Source of the DNA: Deltaproteobacteria bacterium
GTDB lineage: Bacteria > Myxococcota_A > UBA9160 > SZUA-336
Direction: 5' to 3'
Length of the DNA stretch: 64,000 bases
NCBI GenBank assembly: GCA_004356455.1
Contig: SMWZ01000029.1
Coordinates: 12,897 to 76,896, forward strand
The first letter of the stretch is position 1, and each line of letters starts with the position of its first letter. Shown here in pieces: positions 8,680 through 19,393 of this stretch. The notes under the pieces were generated by a model. It ran no database searches and was not told the DNA's origin. It saw only the letters and a program-made list of their open reading frames with translations. The position numbers were made by a program, and so were the translations under genes.

Positions 8680-10176
8680 ATGGCGCTGAACCTAGGAACG
8701 ATCCTCGCGAGCTCGGCCCGCGAGCGGCCCGGCCATCCCCTGATCCGTTTGAACGAGCAGAGCTGGAGCTACGCGGAGGTGGACCGCGCCGCGCGAGGCA
8801 TCGCCAGCAGCCTGATCGAGCGCGGGCTCGGACCCGGCGACAAGGTGGCCTTGCTCGTGCCGAATGTTCCCGAGTTCACGCAGTCCTACTTCGGGATTCT
8901 GTACGCAGGCTGCACCGTGGTCCCGTTGAACGTGCTGCTCTCCGCGCCCGAGGTGACCTACCACGTGCAGGATTCCGAAGCCAAGCTCCTGATCGCACAT
9001 CCCCTCTTCAGCAACCCCGCCACCAAGGGCGCTGAGGGGGCCGGCGTCCCGCTGGTCTGGGCCGGGGGCGAGGTGCCGGGCGCACCCAGCCTGGTGGAGC
9101 TGGCGGAGGCCGCGCCGCTCGAGGCCATCCACCCCACACGGCCGGACGACACCGCCGTGATCCTGTACACCTCGGGCACGACAGGCAAGCCCAAGGGCGC
9201 GGAGCTGACGCACTCAAACCTGCTGCTGAACTGCGCCGCGGTCGTTCCCCGCCTCTTACCGATCCAGAGCGACGACGTCGCCATCGCAACGCTTCCGCTC
9301 TTTCACTCCTTCGGCCAGACCTGCATCCAGAACGCCATGATCTCCGAGGGCGCGGGCTTCACGCTGCTGCCGCGTTTCACGCCCGAGGATGCCCTCACCA
9401 TCCTGCAGCGGGACAAAGTCACGATCTTTGCGGGCGTACCCACCATGTACTTCGCGCTGCTCAACCATCCCGGGGCGGACGCCTTCGACCTCTCCTCGCT
9501 GCGCATCTGCATGACCGGCGGCGCGCCCATGCCGGTCGAGGTCATGCGTGCCTTCGAGGAGAAGTACGGCGTGCAGATCCTGGAGGGCTACGGCCTCTCG
9601 GAGACTTCCCCCGTGGCCAGCTTCAATCAGCTCGACAAGCCCCGTAAGCCGGGCTCGATCGGCTACCCCGTGTGGGGCGTGGAGCTGACGATCCTCGACG
9701 ACAAGGACCAACCCCTGCCCGAAGGTGAGAGAGGCGAGATTTGCATTCGCGGGCACAACATCATGAAGGGCTATCTCAAGCGGCCCGAGGCCACAAAGGA
9801 CGCTCTGCGCGGCGGCTGGTTTCACAGCGGCGATATCGGCGTACGGGACGAGGACGGCTGCTACTGGATCGTGGATCGCAAGAAGGACATGATCATCCGC
9901 GGCGGATTCAACGTGTACCCGCGCGAGGTGGAGGAGATCCTGTACGCACATCCGGCCATCGTCGAGGCGGCCGTATTCGGGGTTCCCCATCCGAGTCACG
10001 GCGAGGAGATCAAGGCCGTGGTCGTGCTCGCTCCCGGCCAGAGCCTGAGCGCCGACGAGCTCACCGCGTACACCAAGGAGCGTCTCGCAGCCTACAAGTA
10101 CCCACGCATCATCGAGTTCAGCGACGGCCTGCCCAAAGGACCGACGGGGAAGATCCTCAAACGCGAGCTGAAGTAG
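8680..10176 (+). CDS. Long-chain fatty-acid--CoA ligase
   Basis: YTSGTTGKPKG, EGYGLSET, GWFHSGD, DRKKDMIIRGG, GKILK; ATG 8680 after GGAGGGAG. Confidence 0.93.
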   Translation: MALNLGTILASSARERPGHPLIRLNEQSWSYAEVDRAARGIASSLIERGLGPGDKVALLVPNVPEFTQSYFGILYAGCTVVPLNVLLSAPEVTYHVQDSEAKLLIAHPLFSNPATKGAEGAGVPLVWAGGEVPGAPSLVELAEAAPLEAIHPTRPDDTAVILYTSGTTGKPKGAELTHSNLLLNCAAVVPRLLPIQSDDVAIATLPLFHSFGQTCIQNAMISEGAGFTLLPRFTPEDALTILQRDKVTIFAGVPTMYFALLNHPGADAFDLSSLRICMTGGAPMPVEVMRAFEEKYGVQILEGYGLSETSPVASFNQLDKPRKPGSIGYPVWGVELTILDDKDQPLPEGERGEICIRGHNIMKGYLKRPEATKDALRGGWFHSGDIGVRDEDGCYWIVDRKKDMIIRGGFNVYPREVEEILYAHPAIVEAAVFGVPHPSHGEEIKAVVVLAPGQSLSADELTAYTKERLAAYKYPRIIEFSDGLPKGPTGKILKRELK

Positions 10177-10236
10177 TCTCAGCTTTGACCGCAACGGCCC
10201 CCGGGGGCAGCCGTCCTGCTAGGTTCGTAGCCGGGA

Positions 10237-10938
10237 CTAGCCTGATACTTGCTCGCGGCGAGCTTGGGCCTCGGCCAGCTGCTGAAAGCGTTCGCGGCCG
10301 ATGGAGACAAAGATCCCCTCCGCCTCCGCACAGAGCAGCTCGCCGGCGCAGAGACGACCCTCGACGAAGTTCTTGCGCCCAGTGCTACGCGCCACGCGCG
10401 CCTCGAAACGCAGATCGGTGCGCAGCGGCGTGGGCTGGCGGTACTTGACGACGAGCGTTCCGGTCATGCCAGGACGACCCGTGATCGATTGGGCGAAGCC
10501 CAGCACCTCATCGAACGCTGCGGCGATCGCCCCACCGTGTACGCAGCCCGGTGGGCCCTCGTAGGCCGAGCCGAAGTTCACGTTTCCGTAGACCTGATCC
10601 TCCTTCGCCCATAGCTCAATGGGCGGGGCCAGGGGGTTGCAGAGCCCGATCTGCGGGCTGAAGTCGAAGAACGCTCCCACGTCACCCGCGTTCGCGCTCT
10701 CTGCGAAGCCGGCCGGACGGTTGCGGCGCGGATGCCTCTCCAAGCGCTCTGCATAGCGCTCCAGCCCGTCCGCCGCCGTGCGCAGCTCCTCCTCGCTTGC
10801 ATCGCTCCTCACCAGATGTTCGATGACCCGGCGCATGGCCGCCGCCAGCCGACGGTTCTCCGCCCACTTGCCGGTGGCTTCCGCCTGGTTCGCATCCCAA
10901 TGCGTATAGTTCCGCCCGTCGTCTACGCTCTCGCTCAC
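10237..10938 (-). CDS. PaaI-family (hotdog) thioesterase
   Basis: YEGPPGCVHGG.IAAAFDEVLG; GTG start overlapping rpiB stop (GTGA). Confidence 0.85.
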   Translation of the reverse strand: MSESVDDGRNYTHWDANQAEATGKWAENRRLAAAMRRVIEHLVRSDASEEELRTAADGLERYAERLERHPRRNRPAGFAESANAGDVGAFFDFSPQIGLCNPLAPPIELWAKEDQVYGNVNFGSAYEGPPGCVHGGAIAAAFDEVLGFAQSITGRPGMTGTLVVKYRQPTPLRTDLRFEARVARSTGRKNFVEGRLCAGELLCAEAEGIFVSIGRERFQQLAEAQARREQVSG

Positions 10939-11369
10939 TCCAGCGACCTCACCTTCTTCATGCGTCGGGCGTGACGCCCGCCTTCGAAGTCCGTGTCCAG
11001 CCATATACGCACAAACTTGAGCAGATCTTCTTCGGGAAACTGCTGCGCGCCCAGACAGAGCACGTTCGAATTATTATGTCCGCGGGTCATTTCGGCCGTA
11101 CGCTCGCTGTAGACCACGGCAGCACGCACTCCGGGAATCCGATTTGCGACCATGCCCATCCCGATGCCGTTGCTGCAGACCAGGATGGCGCGGTCGCTCT
11201 TGCCCTCGGACACACTCCGCGCCGCGGGAATGGCGTAGTCCGGATAATCACACGACTCCGGCGAGTCGGTTCCCTCATCAGCCACCATGTGCCCGAGGGT
11301 ACGTAGCTCCTCGATCAGGCGAGTTTTGAACTCGAAGCCCGCATGGTCGGCGGCAACCGCGATCCGCAT
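10935..11369 (-). CDS. rpiB: Ribose-5-phosphate isomerase B
   Basis: ADHAG, DYPDYA, CSNGIGM, HNNSNVLCLG, FEGGRHARR. Confidence 0.95.
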   Translation of the reverse strand: MRIAVAADHAGFEFKTRLIEELRTLGHMVADEGTDSPESCDYPDYAIPAARSVSEGKSDRAILVCSNGIGMGMVANRIPGVRAAVVYSERTAEMTRGHNNSNVLCLGAQQFPEEDLLKFVRIWLDTDFEGGRHARRMKKVRSLE

Positions 11370-11375
11370 TGCGAA

Positions 11376-12788
11376 TTACCAGCTTGTGGGCCAGTGCGGG
11401 TGCCAGGGGCGCTCGCGTTCGAAGGCGCGCGCCGCCTGCAACACGAGTTCGTCACGATGTCGCGCTGCAACGATCTGCATGCCGATGGGAAGCCCCGCGC
11501 GGGAGAGACCGGCGCGCACCGTGCCGGCCGGGTGCCACGAGAGGTTGAAGGGAATCGTGAACGAGGCAACGCCCCATGCCAGCTGCGGCCGGCCCTCCGT
11601 CTCTTTCGGGTAGGGACCTCGTGCGGGTGGCGGATCGAACGGCAGGGTGGGCGTGATCAGCAGGTCATACTCGTCGAAGATCTGCGCGCACCAGTTGTTG
11701 AGTTGCATACGCGAACGTTGCCCCTGGTCGAAGATCTCGGGCGTCATATTCCAGCCGGTCTTGATTCCACGTAGGAACATGCGGCCGAACTCGTGCTCGT
11801 GCTCAGGCAGAAGATGGTGCAGCTCAGCGGCCTTCTCGAACGCGCCCATCAAGCCCCACTCCCGTCCCAGGAGTGGCGGCCCCCCCTGAATCTCCTCCAC
11901 CCGGTGCCCCAGCTTCTCGAAGACCCGCGCCGCGTCATAGACCACCTCGGCGACATCGGACTGCACCACGGAGTAGCCAAGGTCCGGCGAGTAAGCGATG
12001 CGCAGGTTCCCGGGCGGTCCCCGGCGCACCGCGTCCAGGTAGGACAAGCCGGGATGCGGGAGGCTCTTCGGATCGTACGGGGACGGCCCCACGACCTGGT
12101 CCAGGAAGAGCGCCCCGTCCTCGACGGTCTTGGTCAACGGGCCGAAGCATGAAGTGTCCTCGTAGACCCAGCGCTCCATGGGACCCTTGGGCACGCGTCC
12201 GTGCGAGGGTTTGAGACCAAAGGCACCGGTGAAGCTGGCCGGTATACGGATCGAGCCCCCACCATCGCTGGACGTCACCAGCGGCAGCGTGCCCGAGACC
12301 AGGGCCGCCGACGAGCCTCCGCTCGAGCCGCCCGGGGTGAGCTCGAGATCCCAGGGGTTGCGGGTCACACCGTAGACGAGGTTCTTTGTGATCGCGGCGT
12401 ATCCGAACTCGGGCGAGTTCGTCTTACCCACGACGATCGCGCCCGCCGCCCGCAGCCGCCCGACCTGTGTGCAATCGCGATCGGCGACGTGGTCCTTGAA
12501 CGGCAGCGAGCCCTGAGAGGTGACCAGACCCTCGGCGTCCTGCAGGTCCTTGACGCCCAGGGGGACGCCCTCGAGCACCCGCGCCTCACCCCTCGCGATC
12601 CGCTCCTGCGCCGCACGGGCTTCGGACAAGAGCTTCTCACGGTCGTGCATGGCCACAACGGCGTTCAGGTCCGGGTTGGTCTCATCGATGCGCGCGAGAA
12701 CGGCTTCCATCAGCTCCACGGCCGATGCCTTCTTGGCCCGCAGGGCGTCGGTCAGCTCGATCAGACTGAGGTCGAGTAGCTCGTGCAT
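11376..12788 (-). CDS. Amidase (amidase signature family)
   Basis: GVKDL, GKTNSPEFG, GGSSGGS, SDGGGSIRIPAS. Confidence 0.93.
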   Translation of the reverse strand: MHELLDLSLIELTDALRAKKASAVELMEAVLARIDETNPDLNAVVAMHDREKLLSEARAAQERIARGEARVLEGVPLGVKDLQDAEGLVTSQGSLPFKDHVADRDCTQVGRLRAAGAIVVGKTNSPEFGYAAITKNLVYGVTRNPWDLELTPGGSSGGSSAALVSGTLPLVTSSDGGGSIRIPASFTGAFGLKPSHGRVPKGPMERWVYEDTSCFGPLTKTVEDGALFLDQVVGPSPYDPKSLPHPGLSYLDAVRRGPPGNLRIAYSPDLGYSVVQSDVAEVVYDAARVFEKLGHRVEEIQGGPPLLGREWGLMGAFEKAAELHHLLPEHEHEFGRMFLRGIKTGWNMTPEIFDQGQRSRMQLNNWCAQIFDEYDLLITPTLPFDPPPARGPYPKETEGRPQLAWGVASFTIPFNLSWHPAGTVRAGLSRAGLPIGMQIVAARHRDELVLQAARAFERERPWHPHWPTSW

Positions 12789-12816
12789 GCGCGGTATGAT
12801 ATCAGCCCGACGCCAC

Positions 12817-14179
12817 CTAATCTATGTAGCCTTGCGCACGCAGCTGCTCCCGCGTTCTATCGTCGATGCTGAACTCATTCTCGGATTCGGCTCCGGGCCT
12901 GTACGAGGCGCCCTCCAGAATGAAGGCCAGAAGGCTCGCCTCCAGCTCGCGTACCGCTCGCTCCGCTTTACGCGCGTCGTATAGATTGAGCTTTTCCTCG
13001 GGATCCTCTGACAGGTCGTAGAGCTCGCTCCTCACGCGGCCGTCCTTGAAGTAGCTCCGGATAAGCTTGTGTTGGCCTACCTGGATGGACTTGCTGAAGA
13101 AATCGTAGCCCGCGTCGAACTCCACAGGATGCAGCTCAGCAAAGAGGGGTCGCCCATGTCCGGCAGGACTTTTCGAGGGACGCCCTTTCTGCCTGATGTA
13201 GGGCAGCAGACTGGTCCCCTGGAGCCCAGCGGGCGGCTCGAGCCCGACCAAGGTCGAGTACGGTCGGGAAGATGTCCAGCAGAGAGGCCGGCACCTCGAC
13301 AGTCTGGTCGGCCTCGATCACTCGCGGGTAGCGGAGGACGAGCGGAACCATCAGCGACTCTCGATAGAGCGTGCTCTTGTGACCGAAAGCGCCGTGCTCC
13401 CCTAGCTCCTCACCATGATCGGAGACGAGGATCACGAGCGTGGACTCCGCCCAGCCCGCGTCTTGCAGCGCGTCAAAGACCCTCTTCAGCTGGGCGTCCA
13501 CGAAATGGATCGCACTGTCATAGAACGCGAGTCGATAGCCAGGGTCTCCGGGACGCACGTCGTTCATGAACCTCCTGCTCTTGGACTTTCCTTGCGGGTC
13601 GAAGTAGTGCGCGAACAGGAAGAAGGAGGGAGGGACGAGCCCCCGGCTGACGTGGAAAGCGGTGCCACTCCAGCCAGAGCTGGGCGCGGTCCGCCTGCAA
13701 GTCCGCGCGCGTCGAGAAACGGCGATACAGATCGAAGCCCCACTCCCCCGACAAGAAGGGGTGTGCCACGAAGCCGGCCGTCGCGTAGCCGGCCCCCTTC
13801 AAGATCTCCGCCAGCGTCACCTCGGACTCGTCGAGTCTTACACTCCCCAGACGTCCTCCATGGTCGAGCTTGTGATAGGACGGATAGAGCGATGTGAACA
13901 GGGACATGTGTGCCGGCAGCGTCCAGGACGAAGGGCTGATCGCGTTGCGGAAGAGCGCCCCACGGGCCGCAAGCGCGTCGATGTGGGGCGACGTCTCGCG
14001 GCAAGGGTGGAGGCCAGGTTGGGTTGCTTCGCGTAGGCGAGTGTCAGCGCCGCGCCGAAGCGCACCTGCTCATCGTCGCTGGAGAGATACCTGAAGTACT
14101 GGCGCAGCGTCGCGCCGGAGGCGACGGAGGGCAGACTCAGTCCGAGGGAGACGACCAGTCCGATCAGAACGCGAGTCAT
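12817..14179 (-). pseudogene. Fragmented sulfatase-like gene
   Basis: Successive frames carry TSPHIDALAARG..SSWTLPAHMSLFTS, AGYATAGF, YDSAIHFVD..SDHGEELGEHG..VPLVLRYP, ELYDLSEDPEEK..EQLRAQGYI; several frameshifts and missing segments. Confidence 0.8.
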
Positions 14180-14217
14180 GGTCCAGGGGAGGAACCCAGC
14201 GCGCTCGGATGCGGGTG

Positions 14218-15141
14218 TTAGGAGCGAGCGTAGATCTCCATCACCTCGTGCAGCAGCTCGATGGCCTCGGTCTTGGCCCGCTGAAAGGAGTTGCGTCCGA
14301 TGATGGAACCAAAGCCGCCGCCCTCGGCAATGGCCTGGGCCTCCTCGATGATCCCCTTGCGATCCTTGGCCGGACCGCCCGAGAAGATCACGATGCGACG
14401 GCCGTTGAAGGCGCTCTGCACCACGTGTCGGACGCGGTCGGCCAATGTATCGATGGGGATCCCCTGCTTCTCGTAGACCTTGCGCGCGGCATCCTGCTCG
14501 AGGTACGCCGAAGGCAGCTTGACCTTGATCAGGTGCGCCCCGAGCTGGGCCGCGATCTGCGCGCCGTAGGCCACCACGTCGATCGCGGTCTCGCCCTCCT
14601 TGGAGAGCGCGGCGCCGCGCGGGTAGGACCAGATCACAATCGCCAGGCCCGCGGCCTTGGCGTCCTCGGCCAGCTCGCGGAGCTGCTGGTACATCTCGTT
14701 GCGCAGGGCCGAGCCAGGGTAGATCGTGAAGCCGATGGCTGAGCAGCCGAGCCGCAGCGCGTCGCCCACGCTACCCGTCATGGCGGGACACGGGTCATCG
14801 CCGGAGTAGAGCGAGTCCGAGTTATTGAGCTTGAGGATCAGGGGGATGTCGCCAGCGAACTCAGCGGCGCCCGCCTCCAGAAACCCGAGCGGCGCGGCGT
14901 AGGCATTGCAGCCCGCCTCGATCGCGAGCTCGAAATGATAGCGGGGGTCGTAGGAGGGCGGGTTGGGGGCGAAGCTGCGGGCGGGGCCGTGCTCGAAGCC
15001 CTGATCGACCGGCAGGATCACCAGCTTGCCGGTCCCGCCCAGCCGGCCGTGCCCGAGCAGGTGGGCCAGGTTGGCCAGCGTGCCGGGGTTGTCGGACCTG
15101 TACCAGGAAAGAATCTCCTTCGTGCGCTTCGTGGTCACCAC
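14218..15141 (-). CDS. fbaB: Class I fructose-bisphosphate aldolase (DhnA/FbaB type)
   Basis: ILPVDQGFEHGP, GFTIYPGS, WSYPRG, IKVK, GSIIGRN; GTG after GGAGG. Confidence 0.92.
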   Translation of the reverse strand: MVTTKRTKEILSWYRSDNPGTLANLAHLLGHGRLGGTGKLVILPVDQGFEHGPARSFAPNPPSYDPRYHFELAIEAGCNAYAAPLGFLEAGAAEFAGDIPLILKLNNSDSLYSGDDPCPAMTGSVGDALRLGCSAIGFTIYPGSALRNEMYQQLRELAEDAKAAGLAIVIWSYPRGAALSKEGETAIDVVAYGAQIAAQLGAHLIKVKLPSAYLEQDAARKVYEKQGIPIDTLADRVRHVVQSAFNGRRIVIFSGGPAKDRKGIIEEAQAIAEGGGFGSIIGRNSFQRAKTEAIELLHEVMEIYARS

Positions 15142-15256
15142 TGTTCCTCCGTTGCCCTCCGAGGGGGAGCGGGTCCAGCCGACCGGCAGTTTAGCCCATT
15201 GATGCACGGGTGACTCCTCGTGCCCCGTAGCCTTTCAGCCGTTAACCTTCCCGAGC

Positions 15257-16711
15257 ATGAGACGCCGCGGAGTACAGATCGTCTGCACCATCGGACCCGC
15301 AAGTCGCGAGCCTGAGGTGCTCGAGCGCCTGATCGACGCCGGTATGGGCGTGGCCCGGGTCAACTTCGCCCACGGCACGGAGGATCAGAATCGCGAGACC
15401 ATCCAGCGCATCCGGGCGGCCTCGCGCGCCAAAGACCAGCCCGTCGCCGTGCTTCAGGATCTGGCCGGGCCCAAGCTGCGCCTGGGCGAGCTCGAGGGGG
15501 ACCGGCTGCTTCTACACCAGGGCGACGAGCTCACGCTCGTCTGCGGCGCCGCCAAGGGGAACGCCCAGAGCCTGCCGGTGCCCGACCCCGATCTCGCTCA
15601 GGAGGTGCGGCCGGGGGGCCCGATTGTGATCGGTGACGGCGCGGTCGAGCTCGAGGTGCTGGAAGTCGACGCGCACAAGATCCGCGCGCGCGTCTTGATC
15701 GGGGGGGAGATCGCGAGCGGCAAGGGGATCAACGCGCCGGGAGGCCTGAGCGAGCGTCCTATCATCAACGAGCAAGATCGGGCGGACCTCAAGCTCGGGG
15801 CGGAGCTCGAGGTAGACCTCGTCGGCGTCTCCTACGTGCGCACGCCGGACGATCTGGCCAGCGTGCGCCGCGCCCTGCGGGCCCTGGGGCGTCCCGCGCC
15901 GCTGGTGGCCAAGATCGAGACAGCGCGCGCACTCGAGCACCTGGACGGAATCCTGGCCCGCACCGATGCGGTGATGGTGGCGCGAGGCGACCTCTCGCTG
16001 GAGATCCCCTACCAGCGAGTTCCGATCGAGCAGAAGCGCATCGTCCAGGCCGCCATCCGCGCCGGTCGTCCCGTGATCACGGCCACGCAGATGCTCCACT
16101 CGATGGTGAGCGCATCGCGTCCCACGCGCGCGGAGGCCACGGACGTGGCGAACGCGGTGCTGGATGGCACCGACGCGGTCATGCTCTCGGACGAGACCGC
16201 GGTGGGCACAGACCCGGTGCGCGTCTGCCGCACCATGGCACAGATCGTCGAGGAGACGCAGACCGCGTTCCCCGACTTCCCCGAGACCCCGCTCGATGGG
16301 ATGGCAGAGGAGCTGCGCGAGCTGGTCGTGTTCTCACGGGCGGCCGTGCGTACCGCCCGCGACGTGGGTGCCGCGGCCATCGTGACCTGGTCCCGCGGTG
16401 GCCTCGCGGCACGCTTGCTCTCGCGCCAGCGCCCGAGCGTCCCGATCCTGGCTCCGACACGTTTCGAGGACACCTGGCGACGCCTCGCGCTCCCGTACGG
16501 TGTGCGCCCCCTGCTCTGCCCTCACGGGCGGCTGCGACCGGAGCAGGTACAAGCCGCGCTGGGGAAGCTCGACGCGCAGGACCTCATGCTCGTAGTCGGA
16601 CACATTCCCGGTGAGCAGCGGCGTATGCCATGGATGGCACTGGTTCGGGTCTCCGATTCGGAGGGCTGGAATCGGGACCCGCGCGACGGCGGACCCTTTA
16701 GCGCGCCCTGA
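15257..16711 (+). CDS. pyk: Pyruvate kinase
   Basis: IVCTIGPAS, ARVNFAHG, DLAGPKLR, AKIE, MVARGDL, TATQML.SM, PTRAEATDVANA. Confidence 0.96.
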   Translation: MRRRGVQIVCTIGPASREPEVLERLIDAGMGVARVNFAHGTEDQNRETIQRIRAASRAKDQPVAVLQDLAGPKLRLGELEGDRLLLHQGDELTLVCGAAKGNAQSLPVPDPDLAQEVRPGGPIVIGDGAVELEVLEVDAHKIRARVLIGGEIASGKGINAPGGLSERPIINEQDRADLKLGAELEVDLVGVSYVRTPDDLASVRRALRALGRPAPLVAKIETARALEHLDGILARTDAVMVARGDLSLEIPYQRVPIEQKRIVQAAIRAGRPVITATQMLHSMVSASRPTRAEATDVANAVLDGTDAVMLSDETAVGTDPVRVCRTMAQIVEETQTAFPDFPETPLDGMAEELRELVVFSRAAVRTARDVGAAAIVTWSRGGLAARLLSRQRPSVPILAPTRFEDTWRRLALPYGVRPLLCPHGRLRPEQVQAALGKLDAQDLMLVVGHIPGEQRRMPWMALVRVSDSEGWNRDPRDGGPFSAP

Positions 16712-16779
16712 CCGCTGCCCATCTCTGATGCTCGACTCGGGAAACCGGTCAATGGACCGCCTAACCGGAGCCTGCTAGT

Positions 16780-18558
16780 GTGGAATTGATGCCTAGCAAG
16801 ACCCCCCGCGAGGCCGTCACACTCCTTAACGCCGACATCTCCCAGATGTCCAAGGTGGAGCAGCTCAAGAGCGAGAGCGAGGGCCTCTTCTACGTCGCAG
16901 GCCGGGAGAAGCACAGCTTCGCGGCCGAGCTCGACGCGCTGAGCGCGGAGCAGGCCGAGACGATCTCCAACGAGGCCAAGGAGATGTCGAAGCACTTCGG
17001 CATCTACAAGCAGCAGGAGCGCGAGGCGAGCGGGCGCAAGCGCGGCGACTACATCTTCATGGTACGCATGAAGCTCCCGGCCGGCGGCGAGCTCTCCCCG
17101 GAGCAGTGGCAGGCTCTCAACCAGGCTGCGGAGCGCTTCGCCAATAGCACCCTGCGCCTGACGACGCGGCAGGGGATCCAGTTCCACTACGTGTACGGGC
17201 GCAACCTCGGCAGGCTCATCCGCTTCATCAACCAGGAGTACCCGGATCGGGGCTACCAGATGCAGACGCTGGGCGCGTGTGGCGATATGAACCGCAACAC
17301 CATGTGCAGCCCGATCGACGATCTCGACCCTGAGCTGCCGCTCGACTCGCGCGAGCTCGCGTTCGAAATCGCGCGCGAGCTAGCGCCGCGAAGCTCCGCT
17401 TATTACCAGATCTTTCTCACGGATGACGAGGGCCGCACCGTCGCGCCGATGTCTACGGACGAGCCCATCTACGGCAAGCACTACCTGCCACGCAAGTTCA
17501 AGGTGGGCATCGCGCACCCGCGCGACAACTCGATCGATGTGCTCACACAGGACGTCGGCCTGGTGCCGATCGAGAACGGCGCTGTGCCGACGGAGTACGA
17601 TCTCTACAGCGGCGGCGGGCTGGGCGTCACCCACAACATGCCCCACACGCAGCAGCTGTTGGGTCTCTACCTGGGTCGCGTGCGGCGTGAACAGGTCGTG
17701 GAGACCGTAAAGGGCATCGTCATCATCCAGAAGGAGAACGGCGAGCGCAAGGACCGGCGTCAAGCCCGCTGGAAGTACACCATTCGACGACTCGGGCCCG
17801 ACGTCGTCAAGGTGATGCTGCGCGACCGCTTTGGGATCGAGATCAAGCTCGCACAGCCTCAGCCGCTGCCGCCCGTCCGGTTCTTCCATGGCTGGAACCG
17901 CGAGGCCGGCCCCGAGGAGCGTTACTTCCTGGGGGTTCCCGTCCTGAGCGGGCGTCTCAAGGACGAGGGCGACGTGCGGCTGCGCAGCGCGGTGACTCAG
18001 ATCGTGTCCGAGCTCGAGCTGGGCGTGCGCATCACACCCAACCAGGACCTCCTACTCTGCCACATCCCGGCGCAGCGGCGCGAGTGGGTGGATCGGACCC
18101 TGGCCGAGCACGGCGTACCTGCGGTGCAGCAGATCTCGCGTGTCCGGCGGCAGTCGTTCGCCTGCCCTGCCAAGCCCACCTGCGGTCTGGCCATGACCGA
18201 CGCCGAGAACGTGCTCCCTTCCTACATCGAGGCGCTCGAGCGGGAAGGGCTCGGAGACGTGGACCTGCTGCTACGCATGGCGGGCTGCCCCAACTCCTGC
18301 TCGCGGCCGCCGACGGCGGAGGTCGGGATCATCGGCTACGGCAAGAACGATCACATGATCCAGGTAGGGGGCTCTCGCGAGGGCGGACGGATCGGGAAGG
18401 TGTTGTACGAGCGCGTGCCTGAAGATCAGATGATCCCGGTGCTGATCGGAATTTTTCGCGCGGTGCGGGATCACAACTCCGAGGGGCTACCCACGGGCGA
18501 GTTCCTCGACCGCATGCCGCTGGAAGAGCTGCGGCAGCTCATCGGACGCTCCAAGTAG
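16780..18558 (+). CDS. cysI: Sulfite reductase hemoprotein subunit (CysI/Sir-like)
   Basis: LRLTTRQGIQFH, ACGDMNRN, YLPRKFK, ACPAKPTCGLA and GCPNSCSRP siroheme/4Fe-4S ligands; start may be ATG 16789. Confidence 0.85.
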   Translation: MELMPSKTPREAVTLLNADISQMSKVEQLKSESEGLFYVAGREKHSFAAELDALSAEQAETISNEAKEMSKHFGIYKQQEREASGRKRGDYIFMVRMKLPAGGELSPEQWQALNQAAERFANSTLRLTTRQGIQFHYVYGRNLGRLIRFINQEYPDRGYQMQTLGACGDMNRNTMCSPIDDLDPELPLDSRELAFEIARELAPRSSAYYQIFLTDDEGRTVAPMSTDEPIYGKHYLPRKFKVGIAHPRDNSIDVLTQDVGLVPIENGAVPTEYDLYSGGGLGVTHNMPHTQQLLGLYLGRVRREQVVETVKGIVIIQKENGERKDRRQARWKYTIRRLGPDVVKVMLRDRFGIEIKLAQPQPLPPVRFFHGWNREAGPEERYFLGVPVLSGRLKDEGDVRLRSAVTQIVSELELGVRITPNQDLLLCHIPAQRREWVDRTLAEHGVPAVQQISRVRRQSFACPAKPTCGLAMTDAENVLPSYIEALEREGLGDVDLLLRMAGCPNSCSRPPTAEVGIIGYGKNDHMIQVGGSREGGRIGKVLYERVPEDQMIPVLIGIFRAVRDHNSEGLPTGEFLDRMPLEELRQLIGRSK

Positions 18559-18568
18559 CCGGGTTGCT

Positions 18569-19333
18569 GTGGCGGATGTCCAGCTATCGGTCGAGTCGGG
18601 CATCGCGACGGTCCTGATCAACCGACCCGACGCGCTGAACTCACTCTCGTCCGCGGTGATGGAGCAGCTCGAAGAGGTCGTGGGTCGGATCGAGCGAGAC
18701 AACGATGTCGCGGCCGTAATCGTGACAGGAAGTGGGCGCGCCTTCGTGGCGGGCGCCGACATCGAGGAGATCTCGACCCTGGACCCCGAAAGCGGTACCG
18801 CGTTCGCGCGACGTGGGCAGCAGGTCTTCACCCACATCGAGCAGCTTGAGAAACCGGTCGTCGCTGCGGTCAACGGCTTTGCGCTGGGCGGCGGCTGTGA
18901 GCTGGCCATGGCCTGCCATCTCCGCATCGCCTCCACCAAGGCCAAGTTCGGCCAGCCCGAGGTGAAGCTCGGCATCGTGCCCGGCTTCGGGGGGACACAG
19001 CGCCTGCCGCGGCTGGTGGGACGAGGCATCGCGAACCAGCTGCTCTTGACGGGTGCGATCATTTCCGCGGAGGAGGCGCTGCGCATTGGGCTCGTAAACG
19101 AGGTGGTCGCCCCCGAAGATCTACTCGCGCGTGCGAAGGCCCTGCTCGAGGCGATACTCGCCAACGGGCCGCGCGCCATTAGAGCCTGCCTGGTCGCCGT
19201 GCGCGACGGTCTGGAGCTCGGGCAGGAGGCCGGCATCGAGCTCGAAGCGAAGCTCTTCTCGGCGCTGTGCGGAAGCGACGAAATGCGCGAGGGCACGCAG
19301 GCGTTCCTCGAAAAGCGTTCCCCGAAGTTCTAG
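18569..19333 (+). CDS. Enoyl-CoA hydratase/isomerase
   Basis: FVAGADI, AAVNGFALGGGCELA, GQPEVKLGIVPGFGGTQRL. Confidence 0.93.
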   Translation: MADVQLSVESGIATVLINRPDALNSLSSAVMEQLEEVVGRIERDNDVAAVIVTGSGRAFVAGADIEEISTLDPESGTAFARRGQQVFTHIEQLEKPVVAAVNGFALGGGCELAMACHLRIASTKAKFGQPEVKLGIVPGFGGTQRLPRLVGRGIANQLLLTGAIISAEEALRIGLVNEVVAPEDLLARAKALLEAILANGPRAIRACLVAVRDGLELGQEAGIELEAKLFSALCGSDEMREGTQAFLEKRSPKF

Positions 19334-19393
19334 TCTCAGCCCGCGTTCATCTCCCCATGGTCACGCCCCCCAAAGTAAAGGAGAGGCCAGACC

